This document shows positions 6,030-11,181 of a stretch of DNA of 11,181 nt, in pieces. This stretch comes from a virus (taxonomy: Duplodnaviria > Heunggongvirae > Uroviricota > Caudoviricetes > Thumleimavirales > Hafunaviridae): positions 1 to 11,181 of IMG/VR virus record IMGVR_UViG_2974794339_000001; one strand, given 5' to 3'. The notes under the pieces were generated by a model. That model did not search any database. It was given only the letters and a program-made list of their open reading frames with translations, and had not been told where the DNA came from. Each line of letters begins with the position of its first letter. The first letter of the stretch is position 1. The position numbers and the translations under genes are program-made.

Positions 6030-6319
6030 TGCCCATTGACGACGCCGATGGGGACTCTGACTCTGAGGTGAAACTCCTTAAGAGTATTCTAAGTGAGATA
6101 CAAGACCTAAACTCACAGCTTGCTCGAACCGACGAGCGTTCTCGGAATAATCGTGACCAAGTGGAAGACCTACGGGACAACCGGATTGTTCCGCTCGAAG
6201 GTCAGGTTGCGAAGAACGACAATCGGAGCCGGAGGAACGCGCTAATTATTGGTGGGTTTCTGACGACGCTGACGCTTCTCGTGGGTGCGGGGGCTTCGTA
6301 TCTCTTTACTATCCTATGA
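6029..6319 (+). CDS. 96-aa coiled-coil protein with a single C-terminal transmembrane helix
   Basis: Heptad-like region LLKSILSEIQDLNSQLARTDERSRNN and hydrophobic C-terminus ALIIGGFLTTLTLLVGAGASYLFTIL. It is translationally coupled on both sides (TAATG at 6027-6031, ATGA at 6316-6319). Confidence 0.85.
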   Translation: MPIDDADGDSDSEVKLLKSILSEIQDLNSQLARTDERSRNNRDQVEDLRDNRIVPLEGQVAKNDNRSRRNALIIGGFLTTLTLLVGAGASYLFTIL

Positions 6320-7080
6320 GTCTCAATCTGACTGAAACTGAATTTTCTGCGAGTACCGATTCCCCGCCGGACGACGACAGCCCGACGCCGGTTTCGACCG
6401 ACGCTCATCTGGAGTTTACTGCCGGTCGCCATTATCCCGAGTCCGTTGACCTCGATGGGTTCAACGAGTACGGGGTGCGCGAGAACCGCGACGAGAATGG
6501 TGAGCTGGTGTCGGTTGACGTTGTGTACGAAGCGATGGAACCCGGCCCGCCCGAAGACCGTAACGGAGTCCGTATCACGGACACCTTCTTGCGAAAGGTC
6601 GCTGAGAAGAATTACTCGGGTCAGGAGCCGTATATGCTCGGCCACTCCGACCGCCCGCTGGACGAGATTGGTAAAGTCCAGAAGGTGTGGTTCGAGGAGT
6701 CGGTCGAGAAACTGATGCTGATGAACCGGGTGTTCAACACGGGCGCTCCGACCCACGATGAAGTGGTGAAGCGCCTGACGTACACCCCGCCGACTATGAC
6801 CGATGGCTCGGTCGGGTTCGGCAATCAGTATGAGGCTGTTGTGAACGACGACGGAGAGCCTGAACTCATCGACGGGCAGATTCGAGAGTTCAGTACCGTC
6901 CCGTTCCCCGGAGGGTACGATGAGGGTGGCCTTGGTCTACCGAGCGCCGCCTTTGCTGAAAGCATCATGGAGCAGGTGAACGCCGCTGTCGATGATGAGG
7001 ACGAAGCCAACCCCCTCGATGTGGGGGAGTCCTCGGAGAACTCGGCCTTCTCTGTCCGAACGGAGACTATCTCCTTCTAA
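6316..7080 (+). CDS. Prohead (capsid maturation) protease, HK97/herpes-type fold, 254 aa
   Basis: Motif order D-R-N-G, L-G-H-S (catalytic His), G-S-V-G-F (catalytic Ser) and I-R-E-F-S-T-V-P-F-P-G matches caudoviral prohead proteases. It lies between portal and MCP. Confidence 0.85.
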   Translation: MSLNLTETEFSASTDSPPDDDSPTPVSTDAHLEFTAGRHYPESVDLDGFNEYGVRENRDENGELVSVDVVYEAMEPGPPEDRNGVRITDTFLRKVAEKNYSGQEPYMLGHSDRPLDEIGKVQKVWFEESVEKLMLMNRVFNTGAPTHDEVVKRLTYTPPTMTDGSVGFGNQYEAVVNDDGEPELIDGQIREFSTVPFPGGYDEGGLGLPSAAFAESIMEQVNAAVDDEDEANPLDVGESSENSAFSVRTETISF

Positions 7081-7086
7081 CTAACT

Positions 7087-7512
7087 ATGGATTTCCAGAA
7101 GGTTACTTTTGACACCGACCTCGATGAGATGGAGGCTGACGACCTTGCCGACCTTGTTCGTCAGTTCTCTGAGGCACAGGAACAGAATATTGCGGAGTTC
7201 GAGTCGGCCAGCGAGACTATCGAAGGTCTTGAGGGCCGCGTCTCGGAGGTTCAGGATTTCGATGCTGAGCTGACCGAGGAGCTTTCCGAAGTCTCGCCTC
7301 TCGGTGAGGACGAGCTGGCAAACTTCTCTATCTCGCGCAAGCGGGAGCTTCTTGCTGAGTTCGCTGAGGCGGATGAAGACGAGGAGGAGGACGACGAGGA
7401 CGAGGAGGCCGAGTTCTCTGACATGGGCCAGCGTGGGGAGACTCACGATGAAGACGCGGAGCGCAACTTCGCAGAGGAGTACCTCGGAGACATTCCGGGG
7501 CTTGGCTTCTAA
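7087..7512 (+). CDS. Scaffolding protein, 141 aa
   Basis: Extremely acidic helical/coiled-coil protein between the protease and capsid genes, with a poly-D/E linker and a short C-terminal amphipathic helix. The call rests on composition and synteny. Confidence 0.7.
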   Translation: MDFQKVTFDTDLDEMEADDLADLVRQFSEAQEQNIAEFESASETIEGLEGRVSEVQDFDAELTEELSEVSPLGEDELANFSISRKRELLAEFAEADEDEEEDDEDEEAEFSDMGQRGETHDEDAERNFAEEYLGDIPGLGF

Positions 7513-7534
7513 ACAACTGATTTTCTACTAACAC

Positions 7535-8050
7535 ATGGCTAACTTCAAGTTCGCTAAGTTCAAGGACGCGCCGCTGAACCGCGATGGTGAAACTCTCGAC
7601 CCCGAAGCGACTCTCCCTCTGCTTGAGGGCGACGTTGTGGGTCTGAGCGAAGACGTTGATGGGAACACCATCGTCGTCGCCGCCGACGCAGACGCGGCGG
7701 TTGCACAGCCCGCTGTTGGCGTTCTGATGGAGGACGTGCGCGACCGTTCGTACTGGTCGGCTAACCTCCACGACAACGGCACGATGGGTCGTCGCCTCGA
7801 TGAGGCTTACGACCTCGAACGCACGCAGGCCGGGGATGAGGTCACGTACTTCACCCACGGCATCTACCTCGAAGACGAGGACGAGATGGTTGACTTCAAC
7901 GTGAACGAACCCGTCTATCTCGCTCCGGGCGGCGGCGTGACGCAGACTGCTCCCTCGGCGTCGGGCGAGCTGGTTCAGGTTCTCGGTGTGGCTGTCAGCT
8001 CCACCAGATTCCTGCTCAGCGTTGACTTCGACTTCGAGACGCTGGCGTAG
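7535..8050 (+). CDS. Capsid cement/decoration protein, 171 aa
   Basis: Lies immediately before the MCP. 'AVGVLMEDV...AGDEVTYFTHG...VNEPVYLAPGGGVTQTAP...QVLGVAV' is typical of beta-tulip-type cement proteins. Confidence 0.75.
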   Translation: MANFKFAKFKDAPLNRDGETLDPEATLPLLEGDVVGLSEDVDGNTIVVAADADAAVAQPAVGVLMEDVRDRSYWSANLHDNGTMGRRLDEAYDLERTQAGDEVTYFTHGIYLEDEDEMVDFNVNEPVYLAPGGGVTQTAPSASGELVQVLGVAVSSTRFLLSVDFDFETLA

Positions 8051-8090
8051 AGTACCAGCTAAAGACTTAATCTCTACTTTCTAATTCTTT

Positions 8091-9047
8091 ATGGTTAACC
8101 GCGAAATCTTCACCAAGGACGATGTTCCGCTTGTCGAGATTGCTGAGAAGACTCAGAATCTCGTCAACTACTTCAACGAGGCTGAGCGCCCGTTCCGCGA
8201 CCTGTTCGTGGAGCAGGTTGACCAGCAGACCTTCCTTCAGGAAATCGAGGCCGACCCCGGCGAGTGGGAGAAGCTGAGTGAGGGCGAGTTCCCCGGCACG
8301 ACTCGCGCGAAGGACGACGACTACCTCCAGATGACCATTCGCACGAGCGAATACGGGAAGGCCCTCGGCTTCACGCAGAAGTTCCTCGAAAAGTCCACCT
8401 CCGACCACATTATGAAGCAGGTTCGTAATGTGCTGGAGGAGGGCAAGGAGACGGAAGACCGCATCATCCACGATGTTATCTTCAACGGCATCGCTGACGG
8501 TAGCGAGCCGGTCTGGTTCGACGTTCCCGACCACGGTGCTTACGGCTTCGACCGTAACCACTCCCACGTCTTCTCGGACACCTCGGAGCTGTTCGGTGAC
8601 ACTTCGGCGCACCGTGCGTCCGAACACATCGAGTACGCCGCTGACGAACTGCGTCACCACGGCTGGAACGGGCAGAAGGTCGCCCTCATGTCCATCGACC
8701 TCAAGCGCAAGCTCCGCAACGAGCTGTCGTGGGACATGAACTACCACATCCCGATGGCGACCGGGATGCGCTCGCAGGACGTGCGTGAGCAGACGTTCAG
8801 CATCGACGGTGTTGAGCTGATGACCACGCCGTACCTCCGTGGCGACGAGTTCTACGTTATCGGCGTCGGTGAGAATCCTGTCAAGGAATACATCGACCGT
8901 CCGATGCAGATTACCCGCCCCACGGGTGGCCCCGCGATGGAGCCGGGCGAGATTGTCAATTCGAGCGCCACGATGTCGTTCGGCGTCTCGATGACCAACC
9001 CGCTCGGCGCTGTCCACTTCAAGGGCGACAGCACGAACTACCAGTAA
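8091..9047 (+). CDS. Major capsid protein (HK97 fold), 318 aa
   Basis: Size, synteny and highly biased codon usage. Segments 'EKLSEGEFP' (E-loop) and 'TSEYGKALGFTQKFL' precede a long spine helix (IMKQVRNVLEEGKETEDRIIHDVI). Confidence 0.9.
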   Translation: MVNREIFTKDDVPLVEIAEKTQNLVNYFNEAERPFRDLFVEQVDQQTFLQEIEADPGEWEKLSEGEFPGTTRAKDDDYLQMTIRTSEYGKALGFTQKFLEKSTSDHIMKQVRNVLEEGKETEDRIIHDVIFNGIADGSEPVWFDVPDHGAYGFDRNHSHVFSDTSELFGDTSAHRASEHIEYAADELRHHGWNGQKVALMSIDLKRKLRNELSWDMNYHIPMATGMRSQDVREQTFSIDGVELMTTPYLRGDEFYVIGVGENPVKEYIDRPMQITRPTGGPAMEPGEIVNSSATMSFGVSMTNPLGAVHFKGDSTNYQ

Positions 9048-9070
9048 ACGGGCTGGAAGTTCGGGTTCGA

Positions 9071-9082
9071 TTTTTCTTTTTT
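9071..9082 (+). terminator. T-rich terminator after the MCP gene
   Basis: TTTTTCTTTTTT about 24 nt after the MCP stop, where head genes commonly step down in expression. Confidence 0.6.
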
Positions 9083-9092
9083 CGTACTTTCA

Positions 9093-9536
9093 ATGGCAAC
9101 TGACGATACTACATTCATATCCGAAATCCGGGCGTTCACCGGCATCGAGGCGTCTCGAATCTCCAGCGAGGAGATGGACGCTGTTCTTTCTGACGCGAAA
9201 CGGCACGTCCAGCTACGTGCTTCTCTGAACGACGCTGAGGTGGATTGGTATGGCGACCCGGCTCAGGAGGAAGCCCTCAATTGGGCGACCAAACTTTTCC
9301 TAAAGGTTGCCGCAGGCGAACTCGACTCTCAGACCGTTCAGGTAGGCGCTATCGACCACAAGAGCCTGCTCGCCAAGAGCGACAACTCCGTTACCATTTG
9401 GTATCGGAATATGGAGAACGCTATCCGCCGGATTACGAAGCCCGGCGCGGCTTTCGGCGTTTCCTCGGTCGCTCGGACTGACCGCGAGTATGGTTCTGAC
9501 ACCGAAGACGACTCCGGCGGTGGCATTTCCCTATAA
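9093..9536 (+). CDS. Head-tail adaptor (SPP1 gp15/HK97 gp6-like), 147 aa
   Basis: Helical protein immediately after the MCP, of the expected size. The call is mostly by synteny. Confidence 0.7.
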   Translation: MATDDTTFISEIRAFTGIEASRISSEEMDAVLSDAKRHVQLRASLNDAEVDWYGDPAQEEALNWATKLFLKVAAGELDSQTVQVGAIDHKSLLAKSDNSVTIWYRNMENAIRRITKPGAAFGVSSVARTDREYGSDTEDDSGGGISL

Positions 9537-9874
9537 TGGCCCGACGCTCGGTTCACTCGGCTATTGACCGTCTTGGGCAGGAGATTGATGTTCTAATCGA
9601 GGCGAAGACCGGGACTGACGACTTCAATAATCCCGAGTATGATTGGGTTCAGTCTCACACCACTCGATGTGTTAGAACATATCCGAATCGGAACACGGAG
9701 CTAAACAACCGTGGTGGCCCCCGGAAGCGCGACCACCCCGTGTTCCTGTTCCCTCGGGAGGAAGCCCCGGAAGCTAACTCTCGGATTCGCTACAACGGGA
9801 CTCTCTACGAGCTTGAGTCTCCAACCGTGTACGACACGCACGTTGCGATTTTCGGCAAGCTCGTTTCTGAATAA
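9536..9874 (+). CDS. Head-closure/stopper protein (SPP1 gp16-like), 112 aa
   Basis: Beta-rich pattern 'EIDVLIEAKTGTDDFNNPEYDW...RIRYNGTLYELES' is typical of head-closure proteins. TAATG coupling with the adaptor gene. Confidence 0.75.
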   Translation: MARRSVHSAIDRLGQEIDVLIEAKTGTDDFNNPEYDWVQSHTTRCVRTYPNRNTELNNRGGPRKRDHPVFLFPREEAPEANSRIRYNGTLYELESPTVYDTHVAIFGKLVSE

Positions 9875-9876
9875 CA

Positions 9877-11181
9877 ATGGGTAAGATACGGGTTCGAGTC
9901 AAAAACGAAGACCGCGTTATCCGCGAGATTAAGCGGGATTTCAAGCGCGGGATGGACAAGTCTGCCAACGCGATTGCTCAAGCTGGACGCAATAAGGCGC
10001 TCCAGATTATCAATGAGAATCAGGCGTACTTCAACTACGAGGTCGCCAAAGGATTCCGAATCATCGACGGGGCAGACACCTCTACTCGTTCCAGTATCAA
10101 GCTCATTAACGAAGCCCCACACGCAGGGGCACTCGACGCTGGTGTTCCAGCGGCGAAGTACGCTGACGGCGGCCCTCCAGTTCAAGCCCTCCTTCCGTGG
10201 GTTCAACGGAAGATGGGCGGCTACGACCTCGGTGGAAGCGAAAGTGACGGTGGGAGTGGTGGCGACGACCCCGACCCGTCCGACGTGATTGATGAGAACA
10301 AGGCAGAGGAAGAAGCGCCTGAAATCATCAGCGAGGAACGCTTCGACTACGAGAAGTCTGGATTCGAGGAAGAAATCTCGGCGTCCAGACTCGAAGAAGG
10401 CGACGTTCTTGACCTTCGCGGAGATGGAATTAGTGGTCGGTATGTTGTCACCAACATTACTGGCGACTACATTGACGCGACGAACTACCGCGAGAACATC
10501 AACGCGAATCTTGACCAGATGGTGTTCGGTGGGGGCTACCAGAACCTCCACGGCTACGGTCGCGTCGGTCGTGTCTCCGACTCGGAGCTTTCCGTGGGAG
10601 ATACGGTCTACAACAAGAACGGCGAAATTGGCGTTGTCACGCTAATTGATTCCGACGAGATAATCGTCGAGTTTGAGGATGAAGTGGGGACGTATGAGAA
10701 CGCGATTCGGCGTCCCACTAACGACTTCATTCTCGCTAACCCCGAGGAGGTCGTTGACGACGAAACCAACCCGTTCGACGTTGCGAGTCAGCTCTCCAGC
10801 ATCACCCTCGATGGGGCTGAGACGGATGGGCTTGATGAGGATACGGCAGAGGCCCTACTCCAACAGTTCGATAAGGTAATTCGGGGCCACGGCTACCCGC
10901 CTGTTTCTCAAATCGTGACCGACGACACTCTGGACACGATTGACGCCGCTGTTCGGCCCGGTGGCGATTCGAGCGTTCTCAAGATTCCGTCCCAACTCAT
11001 CGAGCCGGGAGGCCGGATTGAGGGAATCGAGGAAGCGAACGAGAACGTCGATTGGGAACAATCCCGGCGAGCATACGTCGCTATGAGAGACGGTAGGGGT
11101 GCGGAGTACGCGCTCCTACACCAGTACGGGGAATACCTGTTCGATAATCTCTCCGACGACGCGAAAGCGTACCTCGCTGAG
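9877..11181 (+). CDS. HK97 gp10-like tail-completion/neck protein with a large multi-domain extension, >435 aa, 3'-truncated (not in the ORF track)
   Basis: ATG lies 2 nt after the head-closure stop, and the frame is open to the window end (435 codons, translated manually). The N-terminal ~115 aa (MGKIRVRVKNEDRVIREIKR...LINEAPHAGALDAGV...GPPVQALLPWVQRK) match the gp10-like pattern; a G/S/D linker and additional domains follow. Confidence 0.85.
   Translation, partial: MGKIRVRVKNEDRVIREIKRDFKRGMDKSANAIAQAGRNKALQIINENQAYFNYEVAKGFRIIDGADTSTRSSIKLINEAPHAGALDAGVPAAKYADGGPPVQALLPWVQRKMGGYDLGGSESDGGSGGDDPDPSDVIDENKAEEEAPEIISEERFDYEKSGFEEEISASRLEEGDVLDLRGDGISGRYVVTNITGDYIDATNYRENINANLDQMVFGGGYQNLHGYGRVGRVSDSELSVGDTVYNKNGEIGVVTLIDSDEIIVEFEDEVGTYENAIRRPTNDFILANPEEVVDDETNPFDVASQLSSITLDGAETDGLDEDTAEALLQQFDKVIRGHGYPPVSQIVTDDTLDTIDAAVRPGGDSSVLKIPSQLIEPGGRIEGIEEANENVDWEQSRRAYVAMRDGRGAEYALLHQYGEYLFDNLSDDAKAYLAE

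Larger units (their letters stand above)
1..11181. mobile_element. Haloarchaeal tailed virus genome segment (genome end plus DNA packaging and head module), possibly HF1/HF2-like
   Basis: Canonical Caudoviricetes gene order (terS, terL, portal, protease, scaffold, cement, MCP, adaptor, closure, tail completion). Proteins are Asp/Glu-rich as in halophiles, one gene is HalOD1-like, and promoters are archaeal BRE/TATA-like. No integrase or host genes are present, so virion genome versus provirus cannot be settled. Family assignment is inference. Confidence 0.93.

Noticed and set aside
6275-6295. LLVGAG hexapeptide shared by the TM protein and the HalOD1-like C-terminus
   Set aside because: The two use different codons and the peptide is short, low-complexity and hydrophobic, so chance is the likeliest cause.
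7371-7410. GAG/GAC trinucleotide-like run
   Set aside because: It simply encodes the poly-Asp/Glu linker of the scaffold and is not an independent repeat element.
8058-8075. AAAGACTTAAT as a dedicated MCP promoter
   Set aside because: It resembles the other CTTAAT promoters but lies only about 20 nt before the ATG, slightly too close for a TSS upstream of the start codon. Not listed as a feature without TSS data.
3180-10551. Long antisense or alternative-frame ORFs (e.g. 3241..3927, 4902..5393, 6202..6756, 8067..9017, 9805..10551)
   Set aside because: These are shadow ORFs expected from high GC and GAC/GAG codon bias opposite well-supported genes; they are Val/Leu/Arg/His-rich with no motifs.

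Overview
This window looks like the left end and the packaging/head module of a haloarchaeal tailed dsDNA virus (Caudoviricetes). The proteins are strongly acidic, and a manual scan found no GATC or CTAG sites. In order, it holds: a ~300-bp G-rich, repeat-laden non-coding end (possibly a terminal repeat); one leftward gene with a HalOD1-like domain; a ~400-bp structured intergenic region; and a rightward late operon. The operon runs: small terminase, four micro-ORFs (two with CxxC motifs; two are missing from the ORF track), an intact tRNA with a UGG (Pro) anticodon, large terminase, portal, a coiled-coil/TM protein, prohead protease, scaffold, capsid cement protein, HK97-fold major capsid protein, head-tail adaptor and head-closure protein. 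It ends in an ORF absent from the ORF track (9877 to the window end, >435 aa): an HK97-gp10-like tail-completion domain with a large multi-domain extension. The layout recalls HF1/HF2-like haloviruses (Hafunaviridae), but that is from memory and needs BLAST. All product calls come from motif recognition and synteny; no database searches were run. The strongest leads are the extended neck protein, the Pro-anticodon tRNA with a Gln-like body placed just before terL, the viral HalOD1 protein, the G-quadruplex-prone end and an XhlA-like membrane protein.
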